From: a virus
Lineage: Duplodnaviria > Caudoviricetes
Direction: 5' to 3' (one strand)
DNA length: 62,259 nt
IMG/VR virus record: IMGVR_UViG_3300013132_000055
Coordinates: 1 to 62,259 of that record
The position numbers were made by a program, and so were the translations under genes. The notes below the pieces were generated by a model. It saw only the letters and a list, made by a program, of their open reading frames with translations, was not told where the DNA came from and did not search any database. Position 1 is the first letter of the stretch; every line of letters begins with the position of its first letter. This document shows positions 9,353-17,916 of the stretch, piece after piece.

Positions 9353-10395
9353 CCCTGCATCGACTCGGCGTAGATCTCCCTCACCAATGTCTTGAGGCGG
9401 ACGGGGTCACCCACCCCCTGCATCCCGTCGATCTCGTCGCAGATAAGGGTGAGGGTGTCCTTGCTCATGTCCACCGCCGACTTCTCGACCTCCTCCTGCG
9501 TCTTGTCGGTCTGGTCCACCACGGTGACCGAGTGGACAGGGGACTCGTTGAGCCTGTCGAGGAGGTTGTCGAACATGATCGGTCTCGTCTTGGAGTGGAC
9601 CATCATGCGAACAAAGGTGTTGGCGTAGGGCTTGCAGTTCGTGATCGTGTAGTCGTTCTTGGAATCGTCGTAGTCGATCTGATGGAACATCGACCTCGGG
9701 TTCTCCACGAACTCCATGACCTGCGTGTCGGGGTCGAATACATGGAAGCCCTTGCGCTCTCCGAGATCCCCGAAGGTCATCTGATACTGCGTCCCTAGGT
9801 AGTGGATGTTGCCCTTGCTGTGACGGCAATGGAAGTGTCCGCTGTAGACCGCTTGGAAGCGGGAGAGTGCCCTCGGATCCATGCCTTCGTGGTACTCGAC
9901 CCCACGGAGAACCTCGTAGCCGTTGATCTCAAAGTGTCCCATGAGGATGCCCACGGGTGCGTTCTGTATGAACTTCAGGCACTCCTCGGCGTTGTCCTTG
10001 GTGATCCACGGGATGATCCCCACGGGGAGGGTGTCGAGGTAGACCATCGTGGGGCTCTCATGGATCACGATGTTCGGGTAGAGGCTGAAGAGTTCGACCA
10101 CCGAGTTGAGGCGGTTGGTGTTCTTGAAGAACACATCGTGGTTGCCGAGGGTGATGTCCATTTGGACACCCATGTCCCGCAGCCTGTCGAGGAACCTCTT
10201 CCGCACCTCGCCGAGAGTGTGGAAGTTGACGAACTTGCGCCTGTCGAGGAAGTCACCGAGGTGTAGGATCTGATTGATCCCATGCCGTTCGATGTATGGA
10301 AAGAACACCTCCTCAAAGAAACCGAGGAAGTGGTCGAGGAAGATGGGACTGTCGTTCCGAGCCCCGAAGTGGGTGTCGTTGATGACGGCGATCAC
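9349..10395 (-). CDS. gp47: Recombination endonuclease subunit, Mre11/SbcD-like
   Basis: Metallophosphoesterase motifs DTHFG, GDFLD, GNHD, GHFH. Confidence 0.96.
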   Translation of the reverse strand: MIAVINDTHFGARNDSPIFLDHFLGFFEEVFFPYIERHGINQILHLGDFLDRRKFVNFHTLGEVRKRFLDRLRDMGVQMDITLGNHDVFFKNTNRLNSVVELFSLYPNIVIHESPTMVYLDTLPVGIIPWITKDNAEECLKFIQNAPVGILMGHFEINGYEVLRGVEYHEGMDPRALSRFQAVYSGHFHCRHSKGNIHYLGTQYQMTFGDLGERKGFHVFDPDTQVMEFVENPRSMFHQIDYDDSKNDYTITNCKPYANTFVRMMVHSKTRPIMFDNLLDRLNESPVHSVTVVDQTDKTQEEVEKSAVDMSKDTLTLICDEIDGMQGVGDPVRLKTLVREIYAESMQG

Positions 10396-10961
10396 TTGCC
10401 CTCCATGACATCGTCCAAGGGGGGCTTGTTCTCGCCCCTCCTGCCCCTGCGGCTCTTCTTCGGCTTGAGAGCCTCGACATTAGCCTCGGGTACGAGGAAA
10501 TCCGAGAATGGGTTTGTCCCCTCGGTGTAGTCCTTCGCCTTGTCCTCCATCCAGTTACGGAACTTCCCCGTGGGGTCGTTCTGCTCAAACACCCGCATCT
10601 TCACATACATCTGCTTCTTCTCACGCTGTATGCGCCTGAGGAAGGCGTAGTAGATGATCTGCGTGAAGAATGCGAAGGGGTTCCTCGACTTCTTCGGATC
10701 GAAGTTCGCCGCATACATGACGCAGTTCTCGACCGAGTCGCAGATCATCTCCTCCCTGTAGGTGTAGTTGGCGAAGTTGGGCTTCTTCGCCAAGTTGTTG
10801 GCGATGTCGAGGAAGCATTGACCAATGTAGTCGTTGACTCCAGGAGGCTTCTGTCCGCTCTTCTTCGCCTTGATGGCGACCTTTCGGTAGGCGGAGAGTT
10901 CCTTGAGGAAACGCTCGTTGTTGATGTAGTGGTTCTGAGCCTTCCGTGGCTTGTCGCTCAT
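10392..10961 (-). CDS. gp55: Late transcription sigma factor
   Basis: HYINNE.FL, NYTYREEMI.D, NPFAFFTQIIYYAFLRRI..EKKQ; start ATG 10961 after GGAG. Confidence 0.95.
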   Translation of the reverse strand: MSDKPRKAQNHYINNERFLKELSAYRKVAIKAKKSGQKPPGVNDYIGQCFLDIANNLAKKPNFANYTYREEMICDSVENCVMYAANFDPKKSRNPFAFFTQIIYYAFLRRIQREKKQMYVKMRVFEQNDPTGKFRNWMEDKAKDYTEGTNPFSDFLVPEANVEALKPKKSRRGRRGENKPPLDDVMEGK

Positions 10962-10976
10962 CCGCAATAACTCCAC

Positions 10977-11331
10977 CTAGCAGGTGAAGTAGTTATCGAC
11001 TCAGGACGAGCAATCTATAAGGTGACAAACGGGAAAAAGAAGGATACGAAACCGTGTCCTCGTTTGCTGCCTTTTCCCCTACTAGTTTTACTAGGTTCCT
11101 AGTACTAGGTAACAGGTTTACCATCTTCGTAAGTGTTTCTTGGTACTCATTCCTAGTGGTAACTCTTTTACCCTAGACTCAACACCCAAGACTCAACACT
11201 CAGATCTCAAGACTCATTACCCATTACCCAATCTCACTAGGTTATTCCTCTTTCTTTCAAGAGGGAACTTACTGGTATCAACTTGGACTCAATTGTATTT
11301 AGCCGATTCCAAAAATTTTGTAAGGGAAAAT
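10977..11331. other. AT-rich non-coding region with dyads and short repeats (candidate origin or regulatory hub)
   Basis: Largest intergenic gap; CTAG cluster; GGTAA-N5-TTACC twice; AGACTCAACAC twice. Confidence 0.55.
11296..11302 (-). promoter_or_regulatory. Late promoter CTAAATA firing into the AT-rich region toward gp55
   Basis: TATTTAG on the + strand, GGCTAAATA context as at other sites. Confidence 0.5.
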
Positions 11332-11793
11332 TCACATCCTTGGGTCACCACCCCACCCTGGGAACTCGTCATATCCCCTCTTCCCCTCACGACCCTCACG
11401 ACCTTCCTCATTGGGATCGATCATGTCATCATCGGGTCCTTCGTCCATGTCATCGTTCACAGCATCGACGGAACCCATGTTCTCAATGATGTCGGAGTTG
11501 ATCCTCGCCTGTGTGTAGTCGGACACGATTCCTTGGATGGGTCTGACGATGCACATGACAATGTCCTTCTTCACGATGATGTAGTCCTCGGCGGCGAAGT
11601 CGATCCAGTTCTTGAGCATGACATTGACCTCTTGCACGGGAGCCGAGTCCTTGTCCTGCGACTGCACGGTGACGAGAGCCATCTGCATGGGCTTCTCAAG
11701 GATGTAGGAGTTCTTGCCTCCGTTGCCTACACCTGCGATCAAGGTCTCCCCTGTCATCAGCCTCACCATCCTGATTGGGTAGATCTGAGTCAT
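11332..11793 (-). CDS. Conserved T4-like hypothetical protein downstream of uvsW (Sm-like)
   Basis: IRMVRLMTGETLIA motif, acidic tail, synteny. Confidence 0.75.
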   Translation of the reverse strand: MTQIYPIRMVRLMTGETLIAGVGNGGKNSYILEKPMQMALVTVQSQDKDSAPVQEVNVMLKNWIDFAAEDYIIVKKDIVMCIVRPIQGIVSDYTQARINSDIIENMGSVDAVNDDMDEGPDDDMIDPNEEGREGREGKRGYDEFPGWGGDPRM

Positions 11794-13316
11794 AGGGTTC
11801 CCTCGGGTCTCTTGATCCTCATGTCCAAGGGCATCTTGACCAACTTGTACATGAACTGCTCGGACTCGTAGATCTTGAGACGCTTGAGGAAGTGCCTGAG
11901 GGTGTAGTTCAAGGTTTCGCCCTTATGAAGATCGTCGGCGATGTCGTACAACTTGGCGATGTGCTTGCCTTGACTCTTCCTCAACTGCCGACCAATGCTC
12001 TGTAGGACACGGATCCTCGACTTGCTCGGAGAGGCAAAGATCACATTCCTCAGACTGCGGATGTTGATGCCCGTCGAGAATGTCCCGTAGGAGGCGACGA
12101 TGATGGCGTTCTCTTCCTTCTCCACGATGGCTCTGATCCCTTCACGCTCCTCAAGTTCGGTCTCTCCTGCCACGAAGTAGACATTCCGCCCCTCGGCGCA
12201 ACGCTTGATGCTCTCGTACAGGGGCTTTCCGTGCTTCTCCACGAATTGAAAGAGGACAAGGGTGTTCCCTCGGGTGGCTGCGGCGAGATAGGAGATGAAG
12301 TCGTTCCGCTTCTCACACCCGACGAGCCATTCGATCTCATGTTGGTAGTCGAGACCACAGACCGACTCACGAACCTCGGCGGGGTACCGAAGCATGAGGC
12401 ATTCGATCCTCAGGCTAGTGAGGAGGTTGCGATCCATGAGTTCCTTGGTGGTCACGACCCTGTGTACGGGACCGAACAAACCCTCAATAGCCAACTTGTG
12501 GGTCTTGGAGCCGTCTAGGGTTCCCGTGAGGGCGATCCGATAGGGACACTCCGTCAACTTGGTCATAATGCTGTTGAGGCTCTGCGCCTTGAACAGGTGA
12601 GCCTCGTCGCCGATCACGACCTCAAAGTTATCAAACCACTCACGGGGCAACTTGTATATGCTCTGCCATGTCGAGATCACGATCTGCTTGGAGGTCAGTT
12701 TCTCCTCGCCGCCGACGATGCGGTGGCAGTTCGCATCCGCATTCCACTTGACCGTCTCGGAGTAGTCCTTGAAGTCCGAGAACATCTGTGCGACGAGCGA
12801 GATGGTCGGCACCACGATGAGGATCTTCTTGGAGGGGGCGATAGCCTGTTGGTAATACCTACACAGGCTGTAGATGATGAGGCTCTTTCCCGAGGCGGTG
12901 GGCGACAGGAGTACGCATCGGGATTGGTTGAGCGCATGGCAGACAGCCTCGACCTGATGGTCGTGTGGCGACAGGGGTTGCCCTCCTGCGGTAGGCTTCA
13001 GGGCTTCGATCAGCCCCTTGACCTTGTCGCAGTCGTACTTGATCTCGGGCTGCGCCACAGCCGAGTCCACCTGCATCTCGTATCCACGGTCACGGCAGAA
13101 TGTTGCGAGGTAGTTCAACAGACCCGCAGGTAGAAGTCCTGAGTAGGCGTTGAACAGCCTGATCTTGCCGTCCCACACCCTGCGCCGATAAGCGGGGGTG
13201 AACTTGGCACCTGGAACCTCTAGGGTAAAGAAGTCCTGTAACTCATAGGCGACAGAGTTCTCCGTGATTACACGAAGGTGCGCCGAGTTCATGCTGCGGA
13301 CTTCAATCGACGGCAT
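11790..13316 (-). CDS. uvsW: RNA-DNA/DNA helicase UvsW
   Basis: WDGKIRL, SPTASGKS, DEAH, TGT, QSIGR.LR superfamily 2 motifs. Confidence 0.96.
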   Translation of the reverse strand: MPSIEVRSMNSAHLRVITENSVAYELQDFFTLEVPGAKFTPAYRRRVWDGKIRLFNAYSGLLPAGLLNYLATFCRDRGYEMQVDSAVAQPEIKYDCDKVKGLIEALKPTAGGQPLSPHDHQVEAVCHALNQSRCVLLSPTASGKSLIIYSLCRYYQQAIAPSKKILIVVPTISLVAQMFSDFKDYSETVKWNADANCHRIVGGEEKLTSKQIVISTWQSIYKLPREWFDNFEVVIGDEAHLFKAQSLNSIMTKLTECPYRIALTGTLDGSKTHKLAIEGLFGPVHRVVTTKELMDRNLLTSLRIECLMLRYPAEVRESVCGLDYQHEIEWLVGCEKRNDFISYLAAATRGNTLVLFQFVEKHGKPLYESIKRCAEGRNVYFVAGETELEEREGIRAIVEKEENAIIVASYGTFSTGINIRSLRNVIFASPSKSRIRVLQSIGRQLRKSQGKHIAKLYDIADDLHKGETLNYTLRHFLKRLKIYESEQFMYKLVKMPLDMRIKRPEGTL

Positions 13317-13331
13317 AGGAGACTTAGGTAC

Positions 13332-13769
13332 TTATGAGACCCCGCTCATAAACTTTCGCCACTCAATGGCGTTGCGGATGACCCAATTTCGGTTGTTGAT
13401 CCCCTTGATGACCGAGTCGAGGTACTCGACCTTCGCCCTCTGTAGGTCGATCTTGGAGCCGAGCCTGATGAGGTCGGGATCGGCATCCATGTAGAGGTCC
13501 ATGTCCTGACGCAGGATGCGGGTGGCAAAGGGCTCCCACCCGAGTGCCTTGAGTTGATCCTCGTCCATCTTGCCGCTGAACCATTCCCACTTCTGCTTCC
13601 GCAGGATGCGGTAGTCGGAGTCCAACTTGCGGAGGACGAGACTCTCGTCGTGGAAGATGTTGAGGAACTTGCCGTGCAGCATGGGGATTCGGATCGACTC
13701 GTCGCCGAGTTCGGTCCCGTCGATCTTGAGATCGTTCTCCACCATCTGCTTGATGGTCTCCATGTTCAT
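13332..13769 (-). CDS. uvsY: Recombination mediator UvsY
   Basis: D.K.ID...L..ES..IP.LH.K and IRNAIEW.KF..G; adjacent to uvsW. Confidence 0.92.
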   Translation of the reverse strand: MNMETIKQMVENDLKIDGTELGDESIRIPMLHGKFLNIFHDESLVLRKLDSDYRILRKQKWEWFSGKMDEDQLKALGWEPFATRILRQDMDLYMDADPDLIRLGSKIDLQRAKVEYLDSVIKGINNRNWVIRNAIEWRKFMSGVS

Positions 13770-13814
13770 TCGGGTAGATTACCTTTTCTTTGGGTTTCCG
13801 TCAATAGATACGGG

Positions 13815-14369
13815 GTGAAGATCGTCGGCATCGACTACAGCATGACCTGCCCCGCCCTCACCATCAGGGTCGATGGGGAGTTTTTCGTTCCTGTGTCCTA
13901 CTTCCTCAGTCCGACCAAGAAAAACGAGGGAACGGGAAGGATTGGTGACTTGGTTTGGCGTGGAGATCCGTACCCCGAGTACTCCTCGCAGGAAGCACGA
14001 TTCAACGCCATCTCGTCCTGGGCTCTGTCTCTGTGCATGGGTGCGGATCTCGTCGTGATTGAGGATTACGCCATGGGTGCCAAGGGTCGGGTGTTTCACC
14101 TCGGCGAGAACTGCGGACTGCTAAAGCACAAGTTGTGGCACAACGGTCTGCGTTTCACGGTCATCGCCCCGACATCCCTGAAGAAATTTGCCACGGGCAA
14201 GGGAAATGCAGATAAGTGCGCAATGGTTGAGGCGTTCGGGAAGAAGACGGGAATCGATCTACGGCCTGAACTGGGTGGAGGAAGGGACTGCGGCAGTCCC
14301 GTATCCGATGTCGTAGATTCATGGTTTCTCGCAGACTACGGAATGTCCGTCACGAGGACAGGACAGTAG
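13815..14369 (+). CDS. RuvC-like (RNase H fold) Holliday junction resolvase
   Basis: GTG start; IVGIDYS, VIEDYA, PT.LKKFATGKGNADK, D..DS. Confidence 0.85.
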   Translation: MKIVGIDYSMTCPALTIRVDGEFFVPVSYFLSPTKKNEGTGRIGDLVWRGDPYPEYSSQEARFNAISSWALSLCMGADLVVIEDYAMGAKGRVFHLGENCGLLKHKLWHNGLRFTVIAPTSLKKFATGKGNADKCAMVEAFGKKTGIDLRPELGGGRDCGSPVSDVVDSWFLADYGMSVTRTGQ

Positions 14370-14787
14370 TGCCGAGATCAGGGAACGCCTCAAGGACGAT
14401 CTTCTTGTCGAGGCTGTAGGCACGACCGAAGGTTCCGTCGAAGATTTCCTTGATGACCGATGCTTCGGACGGATGGACGGATTCCAAGATCTGAATCAAG
14501 AGTTGATCCTTCCGCTCGGGGGACAACTTGTAGATCTCCTTGAAGATGTACAGCCGCTTCGATTCTTGGAAGAGGTTGGTCATCGTCAACCCATCGGGTG
14601 CCGTGTCGGGGGTGTATTGGGGGAGATCTTTCCTGTACCACTTGCTCTTGTCGAGGAAGGCGTAGTAGAGGATCTGCCTGAGGCTGTGGCTGGAGTTCTC
14701 TCGGAGCATCCTGACGATGTCCTCCTTGCTCCTCGCCTCCTGCATGATGCGCTTCAGCACTTCGGGAATAGTCATTGTCATGGGCAT
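14350..14787 (-). CDS. Conserved T4-like hypothetical protein
   Basis: IPEVL...LRENSS..LRQIL...QILESVHPSEA...V.EAFP pattern; CTACATA upstream. Confidence 0.75.
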   Translation of the reverse strand: MPMTMTIPEVLKRIMQEARSKEDIVRMLRENSSHSLRQILYYAFLDKSKWYRKDLPQYTPDTAPDGLTMTNLFQESKRLYIFKEIYKLSPERKDQLLIQILESVHPSEASVIKEIFDGTFGRAYSLDKKIVLEAFPDLGTTVLSS

Positions 14788-14843
14788 GATGTGGTTCTCC
14801 GTCCTTTATGTAGGCATACATACAGGGCTCGGAGACAGGCATC

Positions 14844-15071
14844 GTGATGGACAGCGATAAGGACACCAACACGCAGCGTCAGAAGGTTTGGCTTAGGGAA
14901 GAGGGCAAGACCGCAGTTGTCCGCAGGGTGGAGACCCATCCGAACTACGGCAAGCAGTACCTCGTCACGGTCTACAGTTCCACTTGGGGTCCCGAGACTT
15001 ATTGGGTGAAGGAATCGAATGTCGAGCAGATCGGACACGGTCGATGGCAGTCGGGAAATGGGAGAGGATGA
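14844..15071 (+). CDS. Hypothetical protein (small beta/SH3-like)
   Basis: 75 aa ORF with GGAG RBS; ATGA coupling to the next gene. Confidence 0.6.
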   Translation: MMDSDKDTNTQRQKVWLREEGKTAVVRRVETHPNYGKQYLVTVYSSTWGPETYWVKESNVEQIGHGRWQSGNGRG

Positions 15072-15328
15072 TGAGCAAGAAGGCACGATCCAAGGTGAAG
15101 AAGACGACCAAGTCCACGAAGGCTCCTGAGCCTGTGGTGTCCCCTGCGCCCGAGCCCACGCCCGTGTGCGCACCTGCGCCCGAGCCCACGCCCGTGTGCG
15201 CACCTGCGCCCGAGCCCACGCCCGTGTGCGGACAGGAAGAAGCCTCTGATCCCGTTCCCACCAAGGAATCGATCATCGATTGGGTGAAGAGGAAGTGGTG
15301 GGCTATTAGGTTCTACGGGCAACTTTGA
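15068..15328 (+). CDS. Hypothetical protein with basic N-terminus and APAPEPTPVC repeats
   Basis: ATG after GGAGAGG overlapping the upstream stop. Confidence 0.6.
   Translation: MMSKKARSKVKKTTKSTKAPEPVVSPAPEPTPVCAPAPEPTPVCAPAPEPTPVCGQEEASDPVPTKESIIDWVKRKWWAIRFYGQL
15143..15230 (+). repeat. 30-bp perfect tandem repeat, about 2.9 copies
   Basis: cctgcgcccgagcccacgcccgtgtgcgca. Confidence 0.95.
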
Positions 15329-15352
15329 AGTCCCAACAGCAAGGTCTACACA

Positions 15353-15607
15353 ATGCCGAACTACGACTACCGCTGCGAGAAGTGCGAACACACCTTTGAG
15401 GAGTTTCACCTGATCAAGGATCGGGGAAAGCCTTGTAAGAAGCCCTGCCCAAAGTGCGGCGAGGGCAAGGTGTCGCAGTTCATCTCATCAGCACCCGTAC
15501 TAATTGATCCTGTCCGTCTAGGTGTCCGCCGCCCCGACAGCGGTTTCAAGGAAGTGATCAGCAAGATCAAGTCCGCCCACCCCCGCAGTCGAATGAAAGA
15601 CTACTGA
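15353..15607 (+). CDS. FmdB-family zinc-ribbon protein
   Basis: MPNYDYRCEKC...FE...CPKCG. Confidence 0.85.
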   Translation: MPNYDYRCEKCEHTFEEFHLIKDRGKPCKKPCPKCGEGKVSQFISSAPVLIDPVRLGVRRPDSGFKEVISKIKSAHPRSRMKDY

Positions 15608-16302
15608 TGCAAAACGAAACAAAGAGACTCGTATCCATTGAGATCGGCGGCGGGGGCAGGTACTACCGATCCCCAACCAACGGTCGGTGGTATCCGTCCG
15701 TCACCACGGTGGTCAACCACAAGGATGCCGAGAAGTGGAAGAAGTGGCGGGAGAACCCCGAAAACGCAGCCACCTCGCAAGCCGCCATCGAACGGGGGAA
15801 CAGGCTGCACACGGTTGTCGAGAACTATCTCGTCAACAAGGAACTGCCGACCACCGACGAGCAGCGTCTTCACTTCGACCCCCTCCTCCCGTACTTGGGC
15901 AGGATCGGGTCGATCTACGCAATCGAAGCCCCGCTGTGGTCTGACGATCTCCTTCTTGCGGGAAGGACCGACTGCATTGGCGATTACGACGGTGTTCCGT
16001 CGATCATCGATTTCAAAACCTCGGGCAAGACCAAGCGCAGGGAGTGGATTACGAACTACTTCCACCAAGCGGCAGCGTACTCCTATATGTGGCAGGAGCG
16101 GACGAGCCAGAAGATCGACCAACTCGTTGTCCTCATCGCATGCGACGATGGATCGGTTCAGGAGTTCATCGAGAAGCGACCGAACCACCGAAGCGGTCTC
16201 GGAGCCACGATCACGGAATATTGGAACAACAACGAGTTCGACCAACTCCAAGGGGTCGTGGACAAGGCATGGGAGGACGCTCAACATGCAATGGCTCAGT
16301 AG
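15607..16302 (+). CDS. PD-(D/E)xK exonuclease
   Basis: YPSVTTV, RG..LH..VE, AGRTDCI, IIDFKTS, Q..AY. Confidence 0.9.
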   Translation: MQNETKRLVSIEIGGGGRYYRSPTNGRWYPSVTTVVNHKDAEKWKKWRENPENAATSQAAIERGNRLHTVVENYLVNKELPTTDEQRLHFDPLLPYLGRIGSIYAIEAPLWSDDLLLAGRTDCIGDYDGVPSIIDFKTSGKTKRREWITNYFHQAAAYSYMWQERTSQKIDQLVVLIACDDGSVQEFIEKRPNHRSGLGATITEYWNNNEFDQLQGVVDKAWEDAQHAMAQ

Positions 16303-16510
16303 GCTCTTTGGTCGGTCGGAACCCGAGGAGACCGAGGACGAGGCACCGCAGAAACTCCATTGCATACGGTTTATGACCGACAGGGGGGAGCAGGTCGCCG
16401 TCCTGCTGACCACCGAGGAGTTTGAGAGGGGCATGCTCCGTTGGGTCGAGACCATCGACACGATGCCGATTGAGGCTACCGACAAAGATTCCGATGAAGG
16501 GATCGGCTGA
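16286..16510 (+). CDS. Hypothetical protein (74 aa)
   Basis: ATG 16286 after GGAGG; coupled to the gp33 start. Confidence 0.6.
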   Translation: MQWLSRLFGRSEPEETEDEAPQKLHCIRFMTDRGEQVAVLLTTEEFERGMLRWVETIDTMPIEATDKDSDEGIG

Positions 16511-16746
16511 TGGGGTCGATACTAAAAGTCGAAGAGACCTTCTCCAAGGAGGTCGAGGAGATCTGCCGAAAGCGCAAGGACGCATCCCTCATAGATGCGA
16601 TCCTTGAGATATGCGAGAAATATGAGATCGAACCCGAGTCGGTGAGCAAGTTGGTCACCAAGCCACTTCGGGAGCGGCTCAAGGCAGAGTTTGAGGACAG
16701 GAATATGATCAAGGGCGGGCGCAAACCACGGCTACCCCTTGACTAG
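16510..16746 (+). CDS. gp33: Late-transcription co-activator
   Basis: FS.EVE...IDAI..ICE...IE.ESV.KL...L.E.LK.E. Confidence 0.9.
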   Translation: MGSILKVEETFSKEVEEICRKRKDASLIDAILEICEKYEIEPESVSKLVTKPLRERLKAEFEDRNMIKGGRKPRLPLD

Positions 16747-16802
16747 GCATACGGGCACGGTACATTCCGCACACTTCACACACGCAATACAGGAGATACG
16801 AC

Positions 16803-17738
16803 ATGTCAGGATTCGCAAACCTCAAGAAGAACAGCCAAGGCTCCATCGACCGTCTCTCGGTCGAGATTCAGAAACTCAGCAGCAAGCAGTCCTACGACGA
16901 TGACCGCATTTGGTCGCTGACGAGAGACAAGAGCGACAACGGCTACGCACTCATCCGCTTCCTCCCACCTGTTGAGGGCGAGGATATCCCGTGGGTTCGC
17001 ATCTTCAGCCATGGATTCCAAGGCAAGGGCGGTTGGCTGATCGAAAACTGCCCGACCACCCTCAGCGGCAGGAAGTGCCCGATCTGCGAGGCGAACAACG
17101 AACTGTGGGGCAGCGGCATCGAAGCCAACAAGCAGATCGCCCGTGACAGGAAGCGCAAGATGTCCTACATCTGCAACATCCTCGTCATCAGCGACCCCGC
17201 CAATCCGTCCAACGACGGCAAGGTGTTTCTCTACAAGTTCGGGAAGAAGATCTTCGACAAGGTTCAGGAGGCGATGAACCCCACCGCCCCCGACGAGCCG
17301 AAGTTCAATCCATTCGACTTGTGGAAGGGGGCGAACTTCAAGTTGAAGTCCCACCGTGAGAGCGGCTATGTTTCCTACGAGAAGTCCTCTTTCCAACCGC
17401 AGTCCGCACTCCTCGACGGCGACGAGAAGCGTCTTGAGGCTCTGTGGAAGACGCAGTACCCGCTGCTTCCTTTCGTCGCTCCCGATCAGTTCAAGTCCTA
17501 CGAAGAACTGTCGAGCCGACTGACCACCGTCCTCAAGGGCGGGGTCTCGGAGGGTGCCGCAACCCGAGCCGAGTCGGCGGATCCCGATGACTTCCGCAGC
17601 AAGATGAAGGCTGCGGACTTGGGCGGCAAGCCCTCGGCTCCGTCGAAGTCTCCCGCCAAGGCGGCGAAGTCCGATGACGATGACGATGAATCCGCCACCT
17701 TCTCGTACTTCAAAAAGTTGACGGAAGACGAAGACTAA
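16803..17738 (+). CDS. gp32: Single-stranded DNA-binding protein
   Basis: DDRIW, NGYALIRFLP, IENCPTT, CPICE, FNPFDLW.GANFKLK, acidic tail. Confidence 0.97.
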   Translation: MSGFANLKKNSQGSIDRLSVEIQKLSSKQSYDDDRIWSLTRDKSDNGYALIRFLPPVEGEDIPWVRIFSHGFQGKGGWLIENCPTTLSGRKCPICEANNELWGSGIEANKQIARDRKRKMSYICNILVISDPANPSNDGKVFLYKFGKKIFDKVQEAMNPTAPDEPKFNPFDLWKGANFKLKSHRESGYVSYEKSSFQPQSALLDGDEKRLEALWKTQYPLLPFVAPDQFKSYEELSSRLTTVLKGGVSEGAATRAESADPDDFRSKMKAADLGGKPSAPSKSPAKAAKSDDDDDESATFSYFKKLTEDED

Positions 17739-17916
17739 AGCGACCGTGTGGTCGCCTGACGGTCGGAGCGGGATCCCTTCCGAAAGGAAACTCCTCCGAG
17801 CAACTCCCCAACTCTGACCGTCTCCCTACAAGCAAGCGACCGTGTGGTCGCCTGACCGACTCGGCTGTCCTTACCCACGGATGGGAACGGGCGACACAGC
17901 CGAGTCGGTCGTTTTT
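17738..17916 (+). ncRNA. Two-module structured RNA element (23-nt hairpin repeat plus long stem), function unknown
   Basis: AAGCGACCGTGTGGTCGCCTGAC at 17738-17760 and 17834-17856, each followed by a different long stem. Confidence 0.5.
17854..17916 (+). terminator. Likely intrinsic terminator between convergent gp32 and tape measure genes
   Basis: 15-bp perfect stem 17854-17868/17896-17910 followed by GTTTTT. Confidence 0.65.

Noticed and set aside
11140-11871. 243-aa plus-strand ORF across the AT-rich region
   Set aside because: TTG start, mostly antisense to a real gene, low-complexity N-terminus
13554-13814. N-terminal extension of the RuvC-like ORF
   Set aside because: Antisense to uvsY; the nuclease fold starts at GTG 13815
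15143-15230. 30-bp repeats as CRISPR
   Set aside because: Head-to-tail with no spacers and in-frame coding
15638-16285. N-terminal 216 codons of the 290-aa ORF
   Set aside because: Out-of-frame overlap with the exonuclease; only the part from ATG 16286 has an RBS and natural composition
17738-17856. 23-nt palindromic direct repeat as a mini CRISPR array
   Set aside because: Only two copies, a 73-nt self-complementary intervening sequence and no cas genes; kept as a structured RNA candidate
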